The position numbers and the translations under genes are program-made. A DNA stretch of 64,000 bases from a virus, in IMG/VR virus record IMGVR_UViG_3300036715_002842, positions 32,001 through 96,000 of that record; one strand, 5' to 3'. How positions within the stretch are numbered: the stretch's first letter is position 1; each line of letters starts with the position of its first letter. A model generated the notes under the pieces. That model saw nothing but the letters and a program-made list of their open reading frames with translations. It ran no database searches and was not told the DNA's origin. Shown here piece after piece: positions 51,119 through 60,600 of this stretch.

Positions 51119-52708
51119 ATGTCGTTTTTCTGGTTACCGAGTGGAATGCTTAAATCGTACATGCATTTCAACATGTGGGTGAAACCAAAGGCACAATCGA
51201 AGCAATTCGCAAACTTGGACTTCAGTGTAACTGAGTTCGAGGAACCTAGTCCAACCAAGCCAGACAAGATGCAGACCACGAAGATCATGCATGCCCCACA
51301 TGCGGATTTCATCTTCGACAACCAGAACCGAACTGCCAAGGATCGTACCCAAGATGGTTGGTACAAATGCTCCATTGGGCCTTACGCCGAAGGGAGCGTA
51401 CTACAGCCGAAGCTAGACTGGGTAATGGTCTCTGCCCACTACTTGAAGCCAGAAGAAGGCAACTTCGCAAAACCCTTTGGTATGCGGATTGCCTGTGACT
51501 CCGGCGGCGCCCAGATGAAGTTCGGGACTGCCCGTTACGTGGATCCTCACCACGTGATTGAGGTCTATAACAAGTGCGCAGATTTCGGTATGGCCCTGGA
51601 CGTTCCTCCAAAGGCTGGCATCGATGGTTTCAATACCAAGGCGCTGAGAATCCTCGCTCGCATTCAGAAGAAGAACAATGAGATCTTCAAGGCCAAGCGG
51701 CGCCCAGATCTGGGCCTGTTGAACGTTGTGCATGGCATGAAGGGTGACGATATTCGGCGCTGGATTGACGATGTGATCGATCCGGAATTCCAGGGTTGGG
51801 CATCTGCGTGGGACGATCTGAGCCAGATCGAAAGCATCTATCGTACGACTGCAATTCTCTACCGGGAATACGGCCTCAAGGACAATACCCAGTGGGTCCA
51901 CCTGTTCGGCGCCTCCGGTCCCAAGACCATTCCGGTCATGGCGTGGATGGGTAAGTACATCCCGTTTCTAACAGCCGACTCCAGTTCGTTCCTAGAGGGG
52001 GCTAAGCGCCGAACGTACTTCGCGGACCATGGTGGCTCGCTCAAAGTGATCTCCTGCACTAATCACGGCAAGGGGAAGTCCTTTGCCGAGTCTGGGTTCC
52101 ATGAGAGCTCCATCCTGCCATGCTGCTGCGAAATCTGCTCTCTGGTCAAGTACTTTGGTGTGCTGAGCCGGAACGTAGAGTACACGCAGAGCTATCCTGC
52201 CATCGTGGCCCACAATCTCATGATGATCAAGCAGGCGGCAGATGAGTGGAACACCCTGGCCGCTAAGAGCACCCTCGAGGAGTACGTTTCCCTGGTAGCG
52301 AAGAACATTGGTAAAGATTCCGCCATGTTCGTACGTTACGCGGATGCCTGCTTCACCGATGGACCAGATTATGCTGACAAGCACTTCAGCAACTTCCTGG
52401 TGAATGGAAGTGCCTCGATGGATGCTACTTCCGTCGACATGCGTACCAAGATGCAGATGACCCGCGTTCCCATGTTCAGCTCGACCAAGGGTAATGGAAC
52501 CGACAACATTCAGGGTCTGGGAGTCGCTGGTTCGAACCTTGAGCTGATTGGTGGTTACCTGACTCCAGAGGAAGTGCACTCCACCCTGAAGGAGTTTGGA
52601 TTCGATCAGGCCCTTGAGAAGCTGATCCTTGAAAAGCACCTTGAACCCCTACCGGATGCAACAGCAACAGATTTTGAATCCGAGCTTCAGCTTCCTCCTG
52701 AGGAGTAG
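51119..52708 (+). CDS. TGT/DpdA-family guanine transglycosylase
   Basis: DSGGAQ, ALDVPP, NVVHG, VHLFG, ADSSS and CCCEIC...HNL zinc site. GAGGGAG RBS before ATG 51119. Confidence 0.85.
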   Translation: MSFFWLPSGMLKSYMHFNMWVKPKAQSKQFANLDFSVTEFEEPSPTKPDKMQTTKIMHAPHADFIFDNQNRTAKDRTQDGWYKCSIGPYAEGSVLQPKLDWVMVSAHYLKPEEGNFAKPFGMRIACDSGGAQMKFGTARYVDPHHVIEVYNKCADFGMALDVPPKAGIDGFNTKALRILARIQKKNNEIFKAKRRPDLGLLNVVHGMKGDDIRRWIDDVIDPEFQGWASAWDDLSQIESIYRTTAILYREYGLKDNTQWVHLFGASGPKTIPVMAWMGKYIPFLTADSSSFLEGAKRRTYFADHGGSLKVISCTNHGKGKSFAESGFHESSILPCCCEICSLVKYFGVLSRNVEYTQSYPAIVAHNLMMIKQAADEWNTLAAKSTLEEYVSLVAKNIGKDSAMFVRYADACFTDGPDYADKHFSNFLVNGSASMDATSVDMRTKMQMTRVPMFSSTKGNGTDNIQGLGVAGSNLELIGGYLTPEEVHSTLKEFGFDQALEKLILEKHLEPLPDATATDFESELQLPPEE

Positions 52709-52710
52709 CC

Positions 52711-52980
52711 ATGGCAACGAGAATGCCCGATGGAACCTTCGGACCCACCCAACCCTTTCCGGAAGCCCTAGAGACTTTCCTGGATCTGGCTGGAAAGGGT
52801 CTTGCCAAGTCCTTTCACGTGGGCACGCCCCAGCAGATCGAGGCTCAGAAAGAAGAGCTCCAGTCCGCTCAGAATGTGGCAGATCTTGCGAAGAGGGTCG
52901 CTGCTCTCGAGGCAGAGAAAAATAGCCTCATCGTCCGCCCAACTTTCGAAGATGTGGAGAAGTTCGGGGTTACAAAGTAA
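52711..52980 (+). CDS. Hypothetical protein
   Basis: GAGGAG RBS; coupled to the next gene. Confidence 0.65.
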   Translation: MATRMPDGTFGPTQPFPEALETFLDLAGKGLAKSFHVGTPQQIEAQKEELQSAQNVADLAKRVAALEAEKNSLIVRPTFEDVEKFGVTK

Positions 52981-53636
52981 TGCTAGCAATCAACGATGCC
53001 CGAGCCGTGAAGACAGATTACGAGCGCTTTCTGGTGAGGCACGGGATTCCTCGTCACTACTGGAAACTTGGGGTTGAAGAAGCAAAGTTCATCTCCTACA
53101 AGGTCCATCGTACGTTCGAGGGAGCGAAGAACAAGGGTAACCTCGTTCGGGAATGCTCGGATCAGGAACAAGCTGGCTACTGGGTTGGTCTCAATCAGAT
53201 GGTTGAGAACTGGAAACCGGGTCTAGGGCAGAACGCAGAGAACAATCTGATCGTCTTCTGTAGTGAGGATGAAAAGCTAGCCCACTACTGCATGTACACG
53301 CTTGTGCACCGCATGCTGCAGTCTCTGATGAAGGAAAACCAGAAGTCCTACCGACTGCAGACCTACCGCTACTACGAGCTGTGGAAGCTCCTACAGCTAG
53401 ACGATCCTCTCGATTGTCCGAACGTGGTTATAATTCCGTCCGTGATCGATGAGGGGAACTCCAATCAATATACTTCATTTCGTGAACTGTTCACCTCTTC
53501 GTATCAGATTTTCACTAGCACTGCCCTGGGACCTCAGGCATTCTTCAACAAGTATCACGTGGTTCCGGGTTACATGTTTTACGTAGAGAGTTTGGTCAAG
53601 ATGTTCGATGCGACCAAGCTAGCTGAGAGGCGTTAA
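52980..53636 (+). CDS. Degenerate DnaC/IstB-like helicase-loader candidate
   Basis: HGIPRHYW resembles the loader N-terminal motif, directly upstream of dnaB; Walker A absent. Confidence 0.4.
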   Translation: MLAINDARAVKTDYERFLVRHGIPRHYWKLGVEEAKFISYKVHRTFEGAKNKGNLVRECSDQEQAGYWVGLNQMVENWKPGLGQNAENNLIVFCSEDEKLAHYCMYTLVHRMLQSLMKENQKSYRLQTYRYYELWKLLQLDDPLDCPNVVIIPSVIDEGNSNQYTSFRELFTSSYQIFTSTALGPQAFFNKYHVVPGYMFYVESLVKMFDATKLAERR

Positions 53637-55066
53637 TGTCTTACGATCTCCTAGATCAAGAGAAGGTCCTCCTCCATTCCCTTCTGATGGGACGGGATGA
53701 GACGAAGGCGTACATTCTTCGGAAATACCTTCCTGAGCACTTCATCAATCTCATTACGGTTTACAACTACGTAAGAGAGAATATGGGTCTAGGAAACATG
53801 GATATTCTCACCATCGATACTCTAGCCAGCAATGCGATTTTTGAAGGCCCCGTCAGAGGTATCATCGCCAGCCTGAAGTTCAGTACCCTCATTGACGATC
53901 CTGCCCAGTTGGAGGTGATGTGCAAGGGATTGCTGGACCATTATGGAACTGAGTTCCTTCTTGAGACCCTACGGTCACCACTAGAGAAGTTGCAGTCTGG
54001 TGAGGTTGACTATGTAACGGTCTTAAAAACCCTGCAGACGGATCTTGAGGGTGCCAGCGTCAAGCTATTCAAGGACGCGGTGGTGCCCCTCGGTTTGGGT
54101 GTGGGAAGCAACATCGAAGATACCATCCAGCGAGTTACTTCGCAAGAAAACAATATCTTCATTCGAACCGGCTTTTCAAGCATTGACAAGCAGATTGGTG
54201 GATTCTCCAGAGGCGATGTGATCGTCCTCGCGGCTCCATCCAGTCATGGTAAGACCTTGATGATGCTATCATTCGCAGTCAACATGATTTTCAATGCCAA
54301 GCAACCTCTTTCCGTCTTGTTCGTCACGATGGAAGTGAAGGATGTTACGATTGCTCATCGCCTTGTAGCGCAGAAACTTTCCATGCCCTTGAACCAGGTC
54401 AAGGAAATCACCATGCCAGACGAGTTCGTGGTGGAATACCTGGCCCCTGAGATCCGTGAACGGAAACTGTCTGAAATCCAGGCCAATCGTGAGAAGGTCA
54501 TGAAGGCGCTCCGGAAGTTCAACGAAGATCTGCAAGAGAAGGGATCCAAGTTCGATGTCAAGACTTACGGATCTTTCTCACCGGATGACCTGCTTCGTGA
54601 GCTGGCCCTTCATCCCTACGATGTAGTGGTTTTGGATTACTTGAACCTGATGTCCAGTTCTTCTGCATCCGAGGCAGATTGGCTTAGACTTTCGTTGTTA
54701 ACCCGCGAACTCAAGAACATTGCAACTTCCCGGGACATGTGCGTAATCACTGCCCAGCAGCTCGACGAGGTCAAGAAGGAAATTCGTTACTCGATGGCCG
54801 TTAAGGAACATTGCGATATCCTCATCCAATGGGAACTTCCTCCAGAAGTTAGGGAAGCTCAAGGCGGGGTATTGGACATGTACTTCAAGAAGGGTCGTAA
54901 CGTTGGAACCTTCACTTTCAATTTGAATGTGGATCTGGCTTGCCAGAGAGCTTACGAGGCGGATCCAGACAATCCTGGGTTGATCGACAGTCCCCTAGCG
55001 ATGCCTGGTAGTGGTTTTGGATCCGATCTGATGTCAGCAATCAACGTACAGGGGATCCTCGGATGA
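53636..55066 (+). CDS. dnaB: DnaB-like replicative helicase
   Basis: TGFSSIDKQIGGFSRGDVIVLAAPSSHGKT, TMEV, VVLDYLNLM, AQQL and KGRN. Confidence 0.93.
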   Translation: MSYDLLDQEKVLLHSLLMGRDETKAYILRKYLPEHFINLITVYNYVRENMGLGNMDILTIDTLASNAIFEGPVRGIIASLKFSTLIDDPAQLEVMCKGLLDHYGTEFLLETLRSPLEKLQSGEVDYVTVLKTLQTDLEGASVKLFKDAVVPLGLGVGSNIEDTIQRVTSQENNIFIRTGFSSIDKQIGGFSRGDVIVLAAPSSHGKTLMMLSFAVNMIFNAKQPLSVLFVTMEVKDVTIAHRLVAQKLSMPLNQVKEITMPDEFVVEYLAPEIRERKLSEIQANREKVMKALRKFNEDLQEKGSKFDVKTYGSFSPDDLLRELALHPYDVVVLDYLNLMSSSSASEADWLRLSLLTRELKNIATSRDMCVITAQQLDEVKKEIRYSMAVKEHCDILIQWELPPEVREAQGGVLDMYFKKGRNVGTFTFNLNVDLACQRAYEADPDNPGLIDSPLAMPGSGFGSDLMSAINVQGILG

Positions 55067-56061
55067 GCTTTAACCTCTTCAATCCAACTGAACAGGTAAC
55101 TTTGGTAGATTTTTCAGGAATAGTTTACCGCTCTCAGTATTCTCAACAAGCTGCAAGCATTAGCACCTTCGTTGGGGATCAAGCTGCAGGACCTACCGTG
55201 ATTCTTCTAGGTAGTGTTATGAAGCTGGTCAAGGACTTCACGAATCCAATCTTCGTGATTGATGGTTGGCCGAAAGGGAAGTATAAGATCTATCCAAAGT
55301 ATAAATTTTCTCGGAAAGTTGAAAAAGAAAAGGATCCTCAGAACGAGGTGAAGAGAGCGGTTCGTAACTCGTTAAAAAACTCTCTTCTGCAATATATTCC
55401 ATCCGTGAATGCCTATCATCCAGATGAAGAAGCGGACGACAGTATCGCTTCCTTGGCGGTTCAGTTGAAGGCAAAGGGAGTGAAGGTCTGCATCGTCAGT
55501 GCTGACCGAGATCTCTGGCAGCTTCTCGATGATGGAATCCGGATCTTTGCCCCATCGAATGAAGGTGGTTACTTCGAAGTCACCCCTGAAAAGGTCTTAG
55601 ATACCTTCGGATGTCCAAAAGAGAAGATTGCACTCTACAAGACCTGGCTTGGAGATGCCGGAGACGATGTACCCAAGATTTTCCGACTTCCCACGAAGCT
55701 CGCTCTGACTCTGATCAATGCCAGTGATGATGTGGAAGATTCTCTCGTGAAGATTCCATACATCATCAACGATCCCAAACATTCGAAGTGGAAGTCTGCC
55801 ATGCTGGAATTCGCAGATCAGGCACGCATCAACTGGGAATTGGTCAACGCAAAGAGGGATCTTGAGGTGGGCTTCGCTTACTTTCGCTCAGACCCAAACA
55901 TCCTCCAGTCTCTTCTCGATGCTTATCAGGTTCAAGGGTTCACCGCCCAGGAACTTCACCATACAATGATTCCCCATCAAGAGAACGCTCTTCAGATTCT
56001 GAACAAGCACGGTTTCCTTGGTAAGGTCTGGAAGTTCGAAGAAATCTACTCGGCAAGCTAA
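55063..56061 (+). CDS. 5'-3' exonuclease/flap endonuclease (Pol I N-terminal-like)
   Basis: LVDFSGIVYR, YPKYK..R, EADD, SADRDLWQL and LGDAGDDVP. Confidence 0.92.
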   Translation: MSFNLFNPTEQVTLVDFSGIVYRSQYSQQAASISTFVGDQAAGPTVILLGSVMKLVKDFTNPIFVIDGWPKGKYKIYPKYKFSRKVEKEKDPQNEVKRAVRNSLKNSLLQYIPSVNAYHPDEEADDSIASLAVQLKAKGVKVCIVSADRDLWQLLDDGIRIFAPSNEGGYFEVTPEKVLDTFGCPKEKIALYKTWLGDAGDDVPKIFRLPTKLALTLINASDDVEDSLVKIPYIINDPKHSKWKSAMLEFADQARINWELVNAKRDLEVGFAYFRSDPNILQSLLDAYQVQGFTAQELHHTMIPHQENALQILNKHGFLGKVWKFEEIYSAS

Positions 56062-56258
56062 TGCGATCTCAAAAATATCTCAAAGCAAATATGCCGTGCC
56101 CTAAGTGTGGGGAGAACATTGTTTTCCTTGTTTCAGATCATCCAGATTTCAAGGAACCCTTGATTTTAAAACTAGAAAAGGAAGTAGCTACCCTGAAGAA
56201 GAAGTTGAAACAACTTCAGTCTCCGGAAAAAATAACGGTTAACAACAGTAAGAGGTGA
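56061..56258 (+). CDS. Small hypothetical protein
   Basis: Coupled start, CPKC motif and coiled coil. Confidence 0.5.
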   Translation: MRSQKYLKANMPCPKCGENIVFLVSDHPDFKEPLILKLEKEVATLKKKLKQLQSPEKITVNNSKR

Positions 56259-56262
56259 AAAC

Positions 56263-57477
56263 GTGGCAATGCCCATCCAGTTTAGTCTTCCATACGCGTC
56301 TCTACAGAATTACCGTCACTTGATGGCGGTGATCGACAAGACGGATTCGGTCGGTTCTACTTTCGATTTGATGATCACTCCAATCAAAGGGGATGGAACA
56401 AACCCCGATAGCCTGACCTTGGAAGTCTCCCGGGACAAGGCTTACGGTCTGGTTCAGATCACCAAGGACGTAAAGGTCACCGCCGGTTCTGGAGAGACCT
56501 TCCTGCTTTCCACCTCCATCTTTGCTGCCCTTCCGGAGACGGATTCTACTAGTCCGATCGAGTTTACCGTAGATGAAAAGCTGTTCGTGACCTACCCCAA
56601 CACCGCGGACATGCAGGATGTGAAGTTCGACTTCGAGTACAGTGACAATCCGGCCTTATTCCTTCGGAAACCAGTCGTTCAGCCTCAGTATACCTTCAAC
56701 CAGGCAACTTGGAAGGTGCTGGATTCGTTCATCGAGGCGGCTTCGGACTATACCCTGAAGAAGGAAGAGGCCGAGTCCATGTCCACGGTCAAGCTGACCC
56801 TGGATCCCAATGGTTCGGCCGTGATCGAAGCTACCAATGGAACAGATGCCTTCACCTCGGAGATTAAGCTCACGAACGTGGCTTTCACTGGAACAGCGGC
56901 CTTCGAGTGCCTTCTCCATCCTCCCACGTGGACCGCTGCAATGCTGCTGGGTTCCCGTGCATCTGGGGATGTCTACGTTGGAATGGACAAGGACAATATC
57001 ACCTTCGCTTCCGATGGAATGGTGCTGACTCATTCGATCATGAACTACCCAAACTTCCCGACCGTGATGGATGTTATTAAAGAGCACATCCAGAAGCCGA
57101 ACGACACCTTCAGCTCGAAGATCAATCCCATGCTCTTCCATGGAAAGCTGAAGTATCTCGAGAACGTTGGTATGACTGCGAAGACCTGGGAGCCCTTGTT
57201 CATCGTTTCCGACAATGGTGGGGTTCCTCTTGTGAAGCTGAAGGGTTTCCAGTCCAATGGTCAGGCGAAGATCGCGGACAAGGCAATCTTGGATATCACT
57301 TGGAAGCAGACGAAGGATATCCGTATTCCGGCTCGTTTGATGCTTCGCTCACTAGTAATCTGCGATACCCTGGGACTTACGGATCTGTTCGATATCGAAG
57401 GACTGCCGGCGGTCTTCATGTCGAACCCAGAGAGAAGCTGCTTCATTCTTCTCGCACAGGAAGTTTCTGAAGGATAG
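56263..57477 (+). CDS. DNA sliding clamp (DnaN-like)
   Basis: About 400 aa, EATNG and NFPTVMDVI motifs at beta-clamp-like positions, within the replication cluster. Confidence 0.55.
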   Translation: MAMPIQFSLPYASLQNYRHLMAVIDKTDSVGSTFDLMITPIKGDGTNPDSLTLEVSRDKAYGLVQITKDVKVTAGSGETFLLSTSIFAALPETDSTSPIEFTVDEKLFVTYPNTADMQDVKFDFEYSDNPALFLRKPVVQPQYTFNQATWKVLDSFIEAASDYTLKKEEAESMSTVKLTLDPNGSAVIEATNGTDAFTSEIKLTNVAFTGTAAFECLLHPPTWTAAMLLGSRASGDVYVGMDKDNITFASDGMVLTHSIMNYPNFPTVMDVIKEHIQKPNDTFSSKINPMLFHGKLKYLENVGMTAKTWEPLFIVSDNGGVPLVKLKGFQSNGQAKIADKAILDITWKQTKDIRIPARLMLRSLVICDTLGLTDLFDIEGLPAVFMSNPERSCFILLAQEVSEG

Positions 57478-57496
57478 TCAATCTGGTTTAAAATTG

Positions 57497-57523
57497 GGGA
57501 GGGATCTCGGTCCCTCCCTTTTT
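57497..57523 (+). terminator. Intrinsic terminator
   Basis: GGGAGGGATC-TC-GGTCCCTCCC followed by a T-run. Confidence 0.8.
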
Positions 57524-57626
57524 CTTCCCCGTTTAGACGTTGATTCCGCCCTGTTGGGTTACTTCATAGAGGACCGGTTTTTCCAAAACGGGATCCTCTA
57601 CTATAATCAATTGAGGGAGATGTCCT

Positions 57627-58427
57627 ATGCCGGCTCTTTTTTCGAATGACAGGCCCAAGGTTAATTTTCAGCTAGTGACTTTCAAGTACTCCGAAATGTC
57701 CGAGCTGGATGGATCTGCCCGCACAAGAATCTCGAAGCGAATGGATCTTCGGATCCCTTTCAACTCCCCAGAAATTCAGGCACAGGTCAATGTTCTCTAC
57801 TATATCAATCTAGGTACCAATCACCTTCCGGAAGCGGATTTCAGCTTGGCTTTCTGGTACACAGACGAAGCTGTACCAGCAGTCGAAGCCGCGATCCTTT
57901 CCATCAAGAAGAAGAATTCCCAGACCCTCGTGAATGTGTTGGGTGTGGTACGTGGAAAGATGGCCGAGGTCTCCCAGAAGGAGTTCTATCCTGACAAGGA
58001 GATCAATGGCGTCAAGACCCAGCCTACGATCATCACTCCAGAAGTTCTGAAGAACCTGGAAGCCGAGAGAGCTGCAGCGGCTTTTATGATGCGTTCGTAC
58101 CTCGTGAGCGTGGACCTGAGCTTCGACAGTTCCTGGAAGGACCTTGACAAGTCCAAGAAGGATTCAATGCTCAAGGCCCTGATCGGTCATGCAGAGAAGA
58201 CCTTCCCTGGAATCGTTTCTACGGTCCTGGTGGATACCCCCATGTCAACCCACCCACAGACCTTGGTGATCTACGCGGATCATTATACGGACGTACAGTC
58301 CTACATGGCAACCCTGTCAAACCTTTCAATCTACGCTTACATCGAGGACTTCACGAAGGTCCTGATCTGCAACCATACCTCCTGCGCGACATTGGAGTCC
58401 CCAAAGGAAATGGTCCGTCGGAGCTAA
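57627..58427 (+). CDS. Chlorite dismutase/HemQ-like fold protein (divergent)
   Basis: Two-domain pattern. EADFSLAFW and W.DL...K..ML....H..TFPG...LVIYADH..DVQSYM..L align by eye to Cld/HemQ. Confidence 0.45.
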   Translation: MPALFSNDRPKVNFQLVTFKYSEMSELDGSARTRISKRMDLRIPFNSPEIQAQVNVLYYINLGTNHLPEADFSLAFWYTDEAVPAVEAAILSIKKKNSQTLVNVLGVVRGKMAEVSQKEFYPDKEINGVKTQPTIITPEVLKNLEAERAAAAFMMRSYLVSVDLSFDSSWKDLDKSKKDSMLKALIGHAEKTFPGIVSTVLVDTPMSTHPQTLVIYADHYTDVQSYMATLSNLSIYAYIEDFTKVLICNHTSCATLESPKEMVRRS

Positions 58428-58464
58428 CTCTCCATTCTACTTGTCTCAACTTCTCGGAGAAGCC

Positions 58465-58668
58465 ATGGCACAAGAATGGTTTGAAAGACCCCTGATGGAC
58501 CCAGTTGAGTCCTTGTCCCAATTCGAGACAATCAAGCAGCGTTTACGTAGGCTCTCTGAGGATTACGCGTCACACCTAGAGTTCCTTCAACAGCAGCTAC
58601 ACCCAAGCACCATGGTAGAGGGTGTAACGCAATATGACTTCTTCTCTACCTCGGATAAGAAACTCTAG
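58465..58668 (+). CDS. Hypothetical protein
   Basis: GGAG RBS before ATG 58465. Confidence 0.55.
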   Translation: MAQEWFERPLMDPVESLSQFETIKQRLRRLSEDYASHLEFLQQQLHPSTMVEGVTQYDFFSTSDKKL

Positions 58669-58669
58669 T

Positions 58670-59257
58670 ATGACAGCTGACGGTGAAGTTCAGAAACCAG
58701 AAATCGGGGAGCGCCTTGAGTACTTGAAAAAGGCTACCCAGGGTTTCAAGATGGACCTGGAGAGCTCCAACACCAAGTTGGAAGAGGTAAAGGTCTGCCT
58801 CGGAGAAATCACCGACATTCTTGAACTGCTGAGCAAAACCCTCACTATCTCTGATCAGATGGACTTAAGTTATCGGCATCGGATCATCCAGGATCTCGAA
58901 TCTTTCAAGAGCACAAAAGCGCTTCTTGAGAAGCTGACGGAGTCCCTGAGTAAAGACAATCCAGACATTTACAAGAAGATCCTGGACTTCGTTTCCACTA
59001 ACGAGAAGACGATTCTGGACATTGGAACTGCAGTTAGGCAGAACACTGTCGACATGGCAACTTCTCTGAAGTACCTTCGCAAGCTCAACTGCGAGGATGA
59101 GACTGGCAGACCCTTGACTGGATTCGCTTGGCTGGGATACCATCTCATGAAGGGTGCTCAGGGCGCTCTCGCAGGTATCATCATTGCATTGATTTATTGG
59201 TTCCTGAGATACGTACTGCCAGCGATTATGAACTGGGGCTCCAACGTAAAACCGTGA
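58670..59257 (+). CDS. Coiled-coil protein with a C-terminal transmembrane helix
   Basis: Heptad-rich N-terminal region and a ALAGIIIALIYWFL TM segment. Confidence 0.65.
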   Translation: MTADGEVQKPEIGERLEYLKKATQGFKMDLESSNTKLEEVKVCLGEITDILELLSKTLTISDQMDLSYRHRIIQDLESFKSTKALLEKLTESLSKDNPDIYKKILDFVSTNEKTILDIGTAVRQNTVDMATSLKYLRKLNCEDETGRPLTGFAWLGYHLMKGAQGALAGIIIALIYWFLRYVLPAIMNWGSNVKP

Positions 59258-59273
59258 TCTACGTTAAATATAC

Positions 59274-60599
59274 GTGGATACTTCTATTCTGACGGAGCAG
59301 TACCTCCAGGCGCTTTACCGATATCGAAAGAATATCGGTTGGATCTCGAGCATCTATTTCGACGATGCTGTCTCTACCGCTTGCATAGACATCCACAGCA
59401 ATGTCACGATTAGTCCGGCTTTCTGTGAGATTTGGATTACCTGCATTGAAGACTGGGCGTTTCTTCTGGGTCATGAGAATGGACATAAGACTGTTTCAAC
59501 TATCCTCTGTTCGAACTTCGAGTTGAACTGGCGCTATTCACTTCTGAGTGAGCACTTTGGTTCGAACTACATGCAGGATCTTTTCATCAATCAGATGCTC
59601 TTCCATGCAATCCCAAGCACGGTTCCAGAGAGGTACTACGGTAACCAGCCTGCGTGGGATCTGTATCTGTTACAGCGTTCCCCTAAGATCCTGAAGAAGT
59701 GCCCTCAGAATACTCCAGAATTGGAGAACAAGCTCAAGCTGATGCTCCTGGCTTGCAATCGGTGGTACCGCTCAGCAGATTACGCAGATCTGTTTAAGGT
59801 TTTTGAAACCGCTTGCGACTACCTCCTTCTATGCCTGAACTCCGGTCATCGTCCCCAGTCTAAACCTGATCAGATGATGGTTCAGCACGAAGAGGCTGAG
59901 AAGGACTCCGAGAGTACTCTTGATCCGGATGACTGTTCCGTGGATGGAGAAGCAGAGACCACCACGAAGATCAAGTACAAGCTGAATATCCCTTTCGTAA
60001 CAGACTTCTCAGATCTAATGGATTTCGATAACGAGACATACCAAAAGGTCAAATGTATGTCGGATCTGATCGAGGATCAGGTTGCGAAGATTCCGGACAT
60101 GTTCGGAAATAAGTCGTACGTGGGTTACTCGGATCCTCAGGTTGATGAGCTTGTTGCCTGGCAACTTGAACAGTACATTCCTTGGACCGAGAGATTCCAG
60201 TCTTCCCCAGATAGGGAAGTCAAGGTCATTTTCGACGTATCCGGTTCGATGTTCCCTTACCTCACGCTCCTGTCTAAGGTCCGAAGCCTCCTACAGACTT
60301 ACCAGACTGACTACTATGCGTTCAGCACCATTCTGGCGAAAATTGAATTTTTCCAGGACCACGCAGAGACTTACACTGGAGCAGGAACCGACCTGGACCC
60401 CATCCTCGCTCTACTAGATCGAATCGAACCGTGCCTAGCCTTTATTATTACCGACGGTGGTTGGGGACTTCGTAAGAAGAAGCTACCAGATGAGATTCAG
60501 GCTATCTTCGAGAAGCATCGCGTTGTTGTGTTTCAACAGGGAATCGGAAAGATCCCCTATTTACCCTCTTCAGTTGGGGTCCTCCAGATAGGAATATGA
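59274..60599 (+). CDS. Metallopeptidase-like (HExxH) plus vWA domain protein
   Basis: LGHENGH, FDVSGSM (MIDAS), GAGTD and IITDG. Confidence 0.85.
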   Translation: MDTSILTEQYLQALYRYRKNIGWISSIYFDDAVSTACIDIHSNVTISPAFCEIWITCIEDWAFLLGHENGHKTVSTILCSNFELNWRYSLLSEHFGSNYMQDLFINQMLFHAIPSTVPERYYGNQPAWDLYLLQRSPKILKKCPQNTPELENKLKLMLLACNRWYRSADYADLFKVFETACDYLLLCLNSGHRPQSKPDQMMVQHEEAEKDSESTLDPDDCSVDGEAETTTKIKYKLNIPFVTDFSDLMDFDNETYQKVKCMSDLIEDQVAKIPDMFGNKSYVGYSDPQVDELVAWQLEQYIPWTERFQSSPDREVKVIFDVSGSMFPYLTLLSKVRSLLQTYQTDYYAFSTILAKIEFFQDHAETYTGAGTDLDPILALLDRIEPCLAFIITDGGWGLRKKKLPDEIQAIFEKHRVVVFQQGIGKIPYLPSSVGVLQIGI

Positions 60600-60600
60600 C

